A DNA stretch of 64,000 bases from Eledone cirrhosa (taxonomy: Eukaryota): the NCBI GenBank assembly GCA_964016885.1, contig OZ024745.1:4154001-4218000 (forward strand), in the 5' to 3' direction. The notes beneath the pieces are model-generated. The model was given only the letters and a program-made list of their open reading frames with translations. It was not told the DNA's origin and ran no database searches. Shown here piece by piece: positions 53,976-64,000 of the stretch (its first letter is position 1; every line of letters starts with the position of its first letter). A program made the position numbers and the translations under genes.

Positions 53976-54660
53976 ATCATCATATGTCCACTCTTCCCTG
54001 CTTGCAAGGGTGGGGCGGGTCCTATTCAGCACAGCATCTCTCCACTCGTCACGGTCCTTCGTCATCTCCACCGTGAGTTTCAGCGATCTGAGGTCTGTTC
54101 TCACCACCTCCGCCCATGTTTTTTGTGATCTACCTCTACCCATCGGTCATCCTCCATGTACATCACATGTGCATACCACCTCTCCCATACACTACATTCT
54201 ATCCCCCTCACATATTGACATTGTACACCCAACGGAGCATGCTTGCCTCATTTCTCTCCAGCCGTCTAATATCCTCTGCAGTTACTGCCATGTCTCTACC
54301 ATGCAGCATCGTACGCAGGGAGAAACCCTTCGTCAGCAGCTCCCTAAACTTCTTCCAACCTGTCCTTATTCTAGATACTATGGCCTCTATGAATGTGACT
54401 TCTACTGTCTAGTAGTTTCTCTGCTATCCCACTACATCTCTCGTGTACCCAGGATCTGCATTGTGTGCATTTTATACAATTTATGCCACTTCCTTTTCTG
54501 TATATCCAACATGGCCATTTCCCTGACGGAATCAGTTTTTGTCCTCTTTTCTACTCAACACTTTACTCCTAGCTAGGATCACTCAGTCCTCTTCCAACTT
54601 GTTTCCATGGCTACAGAAGTTCCCATCGAGTCTTAAACTCCTCTCATTGCTTCCACGACT
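53976..54660 (-). mobile_element. Internally deleted RTE family B remnant in H2A.Z intron 3
   Basis: KTWAEVVRTDLRSLKLTVEMTKDRDEWRDAVLNRTRPTLAS matches the family B C-terminus. Confidence 0.85.
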
Positions 54661-54900
54661 ATAAGAGGGACACAATACTATCTAAATATCTCCAACACTA
54701 AATCCCAATATAAAGTCCCATTTCACCAACAACCTCATTAAACTAACGTAATTGCTGGCCTTGTGCCACAAGTAGAAACTATTTACCATTTAAAAAATAA
54801 AAATATTTTACATTAAAATATTCCCTTGAACCACGGCGAGACGGAATTAGGAAATTGTTTTAAATGAGTTACAAGTCTAATATTTCAATATTTTAGTTTA

Positions 54901-55180
54901 AACAGTAATAACAGTAATAACAATAACAACAGTAATAACAATAACAGTAATAACAATAACAACAGTAATAACAATAACAACAGTAATAACAACAGTAACA
55001 ACAATAACAACAGTAAACTAAAAGATCCAACAATCACCGTTAAATTCAAACAACGAACAAACGGTTAACTATTGGCTGAGGTAGAGTGTGTGTGTGTGTG
55101 TGTGTGTGTGTACGGCTGTGTGTGTGTGTGACCGTGGCTGTGTACTGCTGACTGTGTGGCTGACTATGTGTGTGCTGCTG

Positions 55181-55262
<82 letters not shown>
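54901..55262. repeat. (AAC/AGT/AAT)n and (TG)n microsatellites
   Basis: Directly visible in the sequence. Confidence 0.9.
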
Positions 55263-55265
<3 letters not shown>

Positions 55266-55967
55266 CTGTATATGTAACAGTCGGGAGGGTGTCGGGGGTA
55301 ACAAAACCCCATCCCGTCTCTTTCACGAAAACATTTAAAACTTGACATTAATGTCCAATACATCACACTAAACATTATAAAAATAAAATACACATTAAAT
55401 TAATACAAAACTAAAAGGTTTGGGTCTTTCTTGTAGGGGACTTCACGGTGACCTAGTTTACCCCAGGAGTTCCCATTAAAAATGTTGATAAATCTCAGTT
55501 TGTCAACACTTTAACAAAGAACCCTTTCATTTCAGGTGAGGAGGGAAGAATGGCAGCAAATATAAAAATATCTTATTTAATATAAAATATTTTAGGCGGG
55601 AATTGAGGAGTTTGTGAAGCGGGAGGACCAAGGAAGATATTCCTTGTAAAACATCAGATAATGAAGCTATTCATACAACATATACTATAATGGGGATTTA
55701 TATCTAATTAGATAAAATGAGGTCTTTAATACATCAATTCACTCCCAAATATATACAAAGTCCCCCCCAACAACTAATTCTAACTTTTGTCTCCCAACTA
55801 TTGGCGGGAATTACACAAGGTTAAAACAAAACTCTTGTGGATATATATTTAAATAAAACTAATTTAAACTATAATGTTACCAACAAAATATACTTTTATG
55901 ACATTTCATATAATGAAGAAAAAAAAATGAACATCAAAGAAGCCCAGTAAAATATATGGAATCCTAC

Positions 55968-56081
55968 CTCAGCTGTTAGATACTCTAAAATAGCTGCACT
56001 ATAGACGGCGGCCGTTGCTCCAACACGGCCGTGGCTCGTTGTTCTGTTTTTCAAATGCCTGTGGATACGACCGACTGGAAA
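55968..56081 (-). CDS. H2A.Z: Histone H2A.Z exon 3
   Basis: [38 protein letters not shown]; 114 nt with AG/GT borders. Confidence 0.97.
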
Positions 56082-56208
56082 CTAGAAAATATAACAATTA
56101 ATCGAGAAATTGCAATCGTCATTATGATTTTATAGGTTCTATATTAAATATTTCTCCTCTTGAATTGGTAAAAAATGATAAATAAGATATATTTTAATGT
56201 AAACTAAC

Positions 56209-56286
56209 CTGCAGACCAGCTCGAGCTGAACGTGATACGGCTTTTGCCTTAGCTTTTCCTGAATCTTTACCGGCTTTTCCTCCCGC
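56209..56286 (-). CDS. H2A.Z: Histone H2A.Z exon 2
   Basis: AGGKAGKDSGKAKAKAVSRSARAGLQ; 78 nt; ttttag acceptor, gttagt donor. Confidence 0.97.
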
Positions 56287-56450
56287 CTAAAATATTAGAC
56301 GAAAAAAAAGGGCAAATATAAACATATCAAAAAAACTTTGCAAATGGAAAATTGAATGTCGGGGTAAGCAGTAAGTGAATTGGGCACATATTAATTCTAA
56401 TTACAGCCATGGATGGTCATTTACAATAACATAATCAAATGGATACTAAC

Positions 56451-56453
56451 CAT
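56451..56453 (-). CDS. H2A.Z: Histone H2A.Z exon 1 coding part (ATG only)
   Basis: aaacATG|gttagt on -. An ATG-only first coding exon is the known H2A.Z arrangement. Total CDS is 387 nt (128 aa). Confidence 0.88.
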
Positions 56454-56534
56454 GTTTTTTTGCTTGACTCACAAACAGTAAAAATCCTCACTAGGTTCTG
56501 CTGCAACCGCCAAAACACTAACACCTTTAGCTTA

Positions 56535-56594
56535 GTCACGTGGATTATAAGCCAATGAAAAACGAGCTCTTATTTATGAACCAATGAAAATTGG
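56535..56594 (-). promoter_or_regulatory. H2A.Z proximal promoter (E-box and CCAAT boxes)
   Basis: CACGTG at 56537, CCAAT at 56552 and 56581, ATTGG at 56590, about 85-140 nt upstream of the ATG. Confidence 0.6.
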
Positions 56595-58041
56595 CAACAC
56601 AATAAAAATACTCGCCTCTGTTGTTTTCCTTCGTTTACTCCCCGAGTCATGTTGTCTTTTTGTTTTTTATTTTACTTTTATTTTAAGAACGCCGTCATCG
56701 TTCTTGAGATTATTTCGTAACACAAGACCGACATTGTCACTGTCCTCAAACAATAAATATTCACCATTACTATAATCATATAAAAATAAATACTGCGTTA
56801 AATTAATGTCCCATTAGTGAGATAGAAATGAGGTTAAATTATTATTTAGAAATAATTTGTAAATATATTTCTTCATTTATTTTAGTATGTCTACGTTTTC
56901 CTTCCTCTTGTCGCAAATAATAATTTTTATCTTCACCGATATGGCATTTCTTTTATTTGAAATGTCAGATTTCTCTCAATACACTTGTGCAACCATCACT
57001 TACATATATTTATATATATCGCTTTTATTTAAATGGTTTATTTAGTGCTAACTAATCTATCCTACAATGTATTTAAAATTCTACCTCAATCCGCCGTGGA
57101 AATACGCCAACCACAAAGATATATCTTGCTACACAATATCAATATATCTAAATACTAACGAGTTTTCTATATAAGTAGAGCACAAGTTTTTAAATAATAT
57201 CTATTTAATGACATTTCTACTATTTTTATATCTTATTTAGTTTTTACAAAATCTCCGGATGATTAATTTCGAGATTATTTTCGGAGGGAAAATGCAACGC
57301 TTTGTTCTTTATTATTTTTTATTTAACCAGGAATTAGTTTTTTTAAATTCTTAAAACATTTAGGGATATTTTTTATTTACCGAGGAAAAAAACTAAACAA
57401 TATATATAGAATAATTAGCAGAAATAAATAATATAAAAATATTCTTTATTTATTTATTGGAAGTAAAATTATGGAAAAGACGGCTTGAGAGATTTAATGT
57501 GAAAGTTAAGACTAAGAAATTGTGGCAAGGCAGAATAATTAATAATTACTTCCAGGAGGGTTGGAATTGTCTAATTTATGTTTAGAAAATAACTTCTTGC
57601 CACTTATTCGTAGGCCTTTTAGTCACAAACTTTGTTTACAAAGAAGCGAAAGATATTTATTTATATAGTAAATAGAGACAAATAATTTCTTTTATGTGTT
57701 TACGCTAATTTAATCTTTCTTGTAAAGTTGAAGTTATTTCGAATATAGTTGTTTTAATTAAAAACATTCGTTAATCTACTGTTATAATTTAATGTGATTA
57801 TAAAGTAAAGCTGAGAAGCGGTTTCAATTCCTAGTCGGAGCCAGTTTGTGTTGATAATAATAATGGAAAAGACTGGATTTTCTTGGATTTATAAATTTGA
57901 ATTCTTGTTCCTTATTAAATGAAAGCAGTTTTCATGGACATGGTCATTATCATGAATTCCATAGAGAAACTCTACATAGTCGATCGACATGCTAGAAATA
58001 GCAGCCAGATCACACCTGTTTTTCAATAAAAGTTATACATG

Positions 58042-59261
58042 TCATCATCATCATCATCATCATCACCGTTTTACGTCCGTTCTTCCACGCTAGCATGGGT
58101 TAGACGGGTTGTCCTGTTGTGGGCAGTGTCTGGTCGGCTGACCATGCCTTGCTCATACAGGAACTGATCTGGCTTGATTTCTACAGCTGGATGCCCTTCC
58201 TAACACCAACCTCATTTACAGTGAGTGCTGGGTGCTTTTTCGTGGCGCCTACACGTCCACTTTACAGTGTGGGCTGGGTGCTTTTTTGCCGTGGCACCTC
58301 CACGACCACCTTGCGGTGGGGGGGGGGGGGGCATATTGTTTATATGCTTCAGCATGTACCCATGGGAGGTCGGGTACCCTGTATTACTGCGTGACGCCAG
58401 AAGTCACGGTCGTGTGTCATTGACTTTGAGAGGTGTAGTTGGGTAAGGTCGGCTCTTATCACCTCATCCCAAGTCATCTTGGGTCTCCCCACTCCGCGGT
58501 TTCCATCAACTTCTAGTGCTCTGCACCTTTTTATGCAGCTGTCATCCTTCATACGCATCACATGTCCATACCAGCGTAACCGCCTCTCCTGCACGCAGCA
58601 TTTGATTCCTCTTATGCTCAGTCTCTCTCTCAATTCATTTATGCTTTGTCGTTCACGTATATTACTGTTACACATCCATCGGAGCATGCAGGCTTCGTTT
58701 CTCTCTAATCTACGTAAGTCTTCCACCTTCAGCGCCCAGGTCTCACTACCATGCAACATCGCTGTTCGGATACACGCATCATACAGTCTGCCTTTCATTC
58801 TGAGGGAGAAGCCTTTTGCAGCTAGCAGTGGTAGTAGTTCCCTAAACTTCTTCCATCCCGTTCTTACCCTAGTTATTGTACTTTCTGAGCACCCACCTCC
58901 GTTGCTAATTCGGTCACCTAGGTAGCAGAAGCTGTCTACTGTTTCTACAGGGCCCTCCCAGAGATTGGTGGTACTTGTTTCCTGTGGCTGTTTGCTTGCT
59001 GTTTCAGCACAGCTGCTGCATGTGAATCCTACATTCTTAATTAAGCTTCCTGAGATCCCGCTACATCTCTTGTGTACCCATTGTTTGCATTTGGGGCAAA
59101 GAATGGAGTTCCTACCTACACCTTTCCTACATACTGAGCAAGGCCATTTCCCTGAGGGGATCTGGGTTCTGTTTTCTCGTCTACTTATAAGGACCTTAGT
59201 CTTTGTCATGTTGACTTTGAGGCCCTTTCTCTCTAGTCCCTGCTTCCAGGTTTGGAATTGG
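58042..59261 (-). mobile_element. RTE family A 3' fragment
   Basis: ORF 58349-59209 near-identical to the C-terminal part of the 16020 ORF, with intact WVHKRC. Confidence 0.95.
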
Positions 59262-59514
59262 TAATATAATCTTCTGTTGATTACATGTGGTAATATAATC
59301 TTCTGTTGATATTCAGGAATATAACCGCTAGAAGGTTTTTTTGGTCATAGGTTTGCTAAATCACCACTGACCAGGGGGTAGACAACATATTTTTGGTCAT
59401 AGGTTTACTAGGTGACCACTGACCAGGGGGTAGACAACATATTTTTTACAGTTTAGGGAGTGAGAGATATCTGACATGGGTTGAACAGTTTCTTCCACAA
59501 CTTATAATAATGAT

Positions 59515-59910
59515 AATAATAATAATGAAATTATTGTGTACAGTGCTCAGGTGCACTACAACTCATCAAAGGTGCATGTATAGTACATAGAATAATATAT
59601 CAGGGAAGTGAATAGTGTATGAGTCATGATATACATGTGTGTGTGTGTATGGAAGGGGAATATTAGGTGTAGTGTTGGCGAGTCTCAGGAAGCATGGATA
59701 TTTTAAAGGATGCAGTGTCTCGACAGCTGACAACTGATGCAGGTAGTTTGTTCCATGGACGTTTTAAAGGATGCAGTGTCTCGACAGCTGACAACTGATG
59801 CAGGTAGTTTGTTCCATGGAGGTTTTAAAGGATGCAGTGTCTCGACAGCTAATAACTGATGCAGGTAGTTTGTTCCATACTTCAGTAACTCTGAGCATGA
59901 AAACATTATT
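59515..59910 (-). mobile_element. CR1-like LINE 3' end with internal 61-bp triplication
   Basis: FMLRVTEVWNKLPASVISCRDTASFK repeated; (ATT)n tail on -. Confidence 0.78.
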
Positions 59911-60299
59911 CAGAGCTTTTACCCTAAACACCCAATACGTTCCTTTTGGTGTGATATGGCTGAATGGCCTTCTTAATGCCAACAATTTTGCAAAGTGTAC
60001 TGAGTGTATTTTCTCTTCTCGTGGCACCAGCACCAGAAAGGTTGTCAGGTCTTTGATGTGACTGAAAAGTCCTCCCTACATTATATATATGTTGGTACGT
60101 AGACAAGATCTCTCAATAACATATCCAACTTTATTTCCCCCATGGAAAGTAATGACATTGAGGAGACAAAAGTGTGTAAACTGGAACCACATATATTCAT
60201 GTACATATTTGGCTTTTGATGAACTTGTTGGATGTGCCAGCTACTCTACGACTTATCACATTTTAATTTAATCCAATATTGCCTACAGGTTATTGAATA

Positions 60300-60732
60300 C
60301 TATGATAACTAGAGATGAGTCTTGAGTGTAGAGATATAACTGGAGATGAGACTTGAGTGTAGAGATATGATAACTGGAGAGGAGACTTGAGTGTAGAGAT
60401 ATGACCCAGAGATGGGACTTGAGTGCAGAGATATGATAATTGGAGATGAGACTTGAGTGTAGAGATATGATAACTGGAGATGAGACTTGAGTGTAGAGAT
60501 ATGATAACTGGAGATGAGACTTGAGTGTAGAGATATGATAACTGGAGAGGAGACTTGATGAGTGTAGAGATATGACCCAGAGATGGGACTTGAGTGCAGA
60601 GATATGATAATTGGAGATGAGACTTGAGTGTAGAGATATGATAACTGGAGATGAGACTTGAGTGTAGAGATATGATAACTGGAGATGAGACTTGAGTGTA
60701 GAGATATGACCCAGAGATGAGACTTGAGTGTA
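60300..60732. repeat. ~30-34 bp minisatellite
   Basis: Unit gagatgagacttgagtgtagagatatgataactg with recurrent variants. Confidence 0.92.
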
Positions 60733-60734
60733 TA

Positions 60735-61515
60735 TGGATGAAAGTCTCGTGGCATCCAACAACATCAGAAACCTGGAAGTAATTGTGGAGAACAACATAA
60801 GCTGGGTCACTCATATAAACAGCAAAGTTGACATGGCCCTCAGAATGTGTTCCTGGATTCTCAGAACTTTCTAGTCGAGAGATATCCACATGTTATCCTT
60901 CTCTTCTCCACTTTTGCCTGACCCCACCTTGAATACTGTTGTCCACTGTGGTCTCCCCACACGAAAGAAAGTATCATGAAAGTTGAAACACCCCAAAAGT
61001 CAATTACAAAAAAGATAGATGGCATGACAGGCCTTGACTATTGGAGTCAATTAGAAAAACTCAACCTTTATTCTCTCCAACGTCGCCGTGAGCGCTACAT
61101 TATCTGCACGATGTGGAAAATATTCCATCAGCTTAGCCCAAGTGATGTTGGCATCACTTTAATGTACACCCAAGCCTTGGGCCCTGTGCTATCCGCCCAC
61201 GACAAAAATCACACTCGCATCTCATAACAATATGGCACAATTATTTCACCCCAATTGGCCCCGCTCTCTTTAACATTACACCAAAACACATTAAAACAGA
61301 AACAGAACCCATAAAATTCAAAAAGTCTTTGGACAAATTCCTCCAAGAAATCTTGGATAAACCTCCTACACCCAGATATGCCTGCGTAAATAATAACTCT
61401 CTACTTGACTGGGCCATGGTGTCCAAATCTTAATTTGAAAGACTTTGCCAGGTGGTGCTATTAAGTTAGACATGGCTTGGACCAATACTGGCTGAAACCT
61501 ATCAAAGTTAAGTTT
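60735..61515 (+). mobile_element. CR1-clade LINE 3' fragment
   Basis: SWVTHI, PHLEYCCPLWSPH, LNLYSLQRRRER, FKKSLDKFL motifs. Confidence 0.88.
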
Positions 61516-61529
61516 TCTATATATATATA

Positions 61530-61568
<39 letters not shown>

Positions 61569-61829
61569 GGAAAAAATGAAACGAAATTTCATTTCCCACT
61601 CTTAGTACGGCTGTTACTTAAATATAAGTATGCACACGTACATACATATATGTATACAGATGTACAGTAGTATGTATATATATATACATACATGCACACA
61701 TATATATATGTACGTATGGATTCACCGAACATTTATTATAATGCTCGGTGTGTTTGTAAACAAACATCCCGTATTAAGCCGTAGTGTCCAGCAACCATCG
61801 TTGCTCATTTGTTCAACACTGACAAAGGA

Positions 61830-61872
61830 ACGCTGTACTAGTTTCAAGCTTATTAGCTATCGTCAGCAACGT
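61830..61872 (-). ncRNA. Type-I hammerhead motif (left arm)
   Basis: ACGUUG-CUGACGA-UAGCUAAUAAGCUU-GAAA-CUAG-UA-CAGCGU. Confidence 0.75.
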
Positions 61873-61967
61873 ATACCTTCCTGCCAGATTGTTGAACGTA
61901 TTTGGCTTCTCAGCTGTTAATATGCATAAAGTAAGTATATACGTTCAACAATCTGGCAGGAAGGTAT

Positions 61968-62010
61968 ACGTTGCTGACGATAGCTAATAAGCTTGAAACT
62001 AGTACAGCGT
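61968..62010 (+). ncRNA. Type-I hammerhead motif (right arm)
   Basis: Identical motif on +; palindromic stem III ACUAGU, GUA cleavage triplet, 6-bp stem I. Confidence 0.75.
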
Positions 62011-62230
62011 TCCTTTGTCAGTGTTGAACAAACGAGCAACGATGGTTGCTGGACACTACGGCTTAATACGGGATGTTTGTTTACAAACACACCGAGCATT
62101 ATAATAAATGTTTGGTGAATCCATACGTACATATATATATGTGTGCATGTATGTATATATATATACATACTACTGTACGTCTGTATACATATATGTATGT
62201 ACGTGTACATATTTATATATATATATATCT

Positions 62231-63370
62231 ATGGCGGAACTAAAGAAGAACTTCCAAACATGGAAGCAGGGATTAGAAAGAAGGGGTCTCAAAGTCAACC
62301 TGACAAAGACTAAGGTCCTTGTAAGAAGACGAGAAAACAGAACACAGATCTCCTCAGGGAAATGGCCTTGCTCAGTATGTAGGAAAGGTGTAGGTAGGAA
62401 CTCCACCCTCTCCCCCAAATGCAAACAATGGGTACACAGGAGATGTAGTGGGATCTCAGGAAGCTTAGTTAAGAATGTAGGCTTTACATGTAGCAGCTTC
62501 ACCGGAACAGTAAGCAGTAAACAGCCATAGGAAACAAGCACTACCTAACACTGGGAGGGCTCTGTAGAAACAGTAGACAGCTTCTGCTACCTAGGTGACC
62601 AAATTAGCAGCGGAGGTGGGTGTTCTGAAAGTACAGTAACCAGGGTAAGAACGGGATGGAAGAAGTTCAGGGAGCTCCTGCCACTGCTAGCTGCAAAACG
62701 CTTTTCCCTCAAAATGAAAGGCAGACTGTATGATGTGTGTATACGAACAGCAATGTTACATGGTAGTGAGACCTGGGCGCTGTCTGTAGAAGACTTGTGC
62801 AGATTAGAAAGAAATGTGTAATAGTAATATACGCGAACAGCAAAGCATAAACAAACTGAGAGAGACTGAGAATAAGAGGAATCAAATGCTGTGTGCAGGA
62901 GAGGAGGATGCGTTGGTGTGGACATGTCGATGCGTTGGTGTAGAAGTCGATGGAAGCCGTTGAGTGGGGAGACCCAAGAAGACCTGGGATGAGGTGATAA
63001 AAGCCGACCTTACCTAATTGCACCTCTCAAAGGTGATGACACAGGACTATGACCTCTGGCATCACGCAGTAATACAGAAGACCCGACTTCCCACAGGTAC
63101 AAGCCGAAGCTGAAGCATATAGACAATATTCCCCCATCTCCTTCCACTGCAAAGTGGTCGTGTAGGCGCCACGGAAAAAAAGCACCCAGCCCTCACTGTA
63201 AATGAGGTTGGTGTTAGGAAGGGCATCCAGCTGTAGAAATCAAGCCAAAATCAGCTCCCGTATGAGCAAGACAAGGTCAGCCGACCTAACATTGCCAACA
63301 ACAGGACATCCCATGCTAGCGTGGAAGAATCGACGTAAAACGGTGATGATGATGATGATGATGATGATGA
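62231..63370 (+). mobile_element. RTE family A 3' fragment, degenerate
   Basis: MAELKKNFQTWKQGLE...PCSVCRKG; UTR and (GAT)n tail. Confidence 0.92.
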
Positions 63371-63427
63371 TTATATATATATATAATTTTTGATGATTTA
63401 GTGTTAAAGAATAAAACTAATGTTAAA

Positions 63428-64000
63428 ATCATCATCATCATCATCATCATTGTTTAACGTCCTTTTTTCCATGCTCGCATGGGTTAGACAAGTTGTCATG
63501 ATATGAGACAAACCAGGTCAGATGACCATGTCTTGCTTATAAAGAACTGGTTTGGGCTTGGTTTCTAAAGCCGGATGCTCTTCCGAATGTCAACCAGATT
63601 TACAGTGTGGACTGGGAGCTTTTTGTCATGTCACCTACAGGACCACTATACAGAGTGGGCTTGGGTGTTTTTTGTTGTGACACGTACATGACCACTTTAC
63701 AGTGTGGGCTGGGGACTTTTGTTGTGACACCTACATGACCACTTTACAGCGTGGACTGGGTGTTTTTTGTTGACACGTAGACGACTACTTGACAGTGTAG
63801 GCTGGGGACTTTTTGTTGTGACACCTACACGACTACTTGACAGTGTAGGCTGGGGACTTTTTGTCGTGACACCTACACGACTACTTTACAGTGTGGGCTG
63901 GGGACTTTTTGTCGTGACACCTACACAACTACTTTACAGTGTGGGCTGGGGACTTTTTGTCGTGACACCTACACGACTTCTTTACAGTGTAAGCTGGGGA
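63428..64000 (-). mobile_element. RTE-type 3' end with expanded ~44-bp tandem units, running off the window
   Basis: (CAT)n, ccatgctcgcatgg hairpin, ggatgctcttcc motif, then about 9 units ttttgtcgtgacacctacacgactactttacagtgtgggctggggac. Confidence 0.85.

Larger units (their letters stand above)
61623..62217. repeat. ~279-bp inverted repeat with 37-nt spacer
   Basis: 61623-61901 against 61939-62217, only a few mismatches; mirrored ORF translations appear in the track. Confidence 0.95.

Noticed and set aside
59337-59447. Direct repeat of ~54 bp x2 (also short duplications at about 47395-47481 and 59260-59310)
   Set aside because: Simple local duplications with no further structure.
60283-60889. 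Repetitive 148-199 aa ORFs on -
   Set aside because: Minisatellite plus antisense CR1 sequence.
61630-62210. Duplicated 96/97-aa protein genes
   Set aside because: Mirror translations of an inverted repeat beginning in microsatellite.

Overview
Repeat-dense eukaryotic (animal) DNA. The SINE and RTE repertoire looks like that of a coleoid cephalopod (octopus-like); this is inference. Two convergent spliced genes are well supported. MOB1 lies on + (coding exons 3981-4147, 5008-5235, 6714-6955; the short first coding exon was not located). A complete 5-exon histone H2A.Z gene lies on - (56453-53434, 128 aa). Almost everything else is mobile or repetitive: three RTE LINE families whose ORF carries a PHD-type finger inside the RT region, their partner tRNA-derived SINEs, a decayed Gypsy element interrupted by a non-coding LTR element (PBS, PPT, 4-bp TSD), CR1, CRE-like, Penelope and Tc1/mariner remnants, MITEs and minisatellites. 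The most notable hidden signal is a set of minimal type-I hammerhead-ribozyme motifs with palindromic stem III, in at least five unrelated sequence families. They occur as a 76-bp tandem trimer, a convergent covarying pair, and inside long fold-back inverted repeats. All RNA structures were folded by eye and none is shown to be active.
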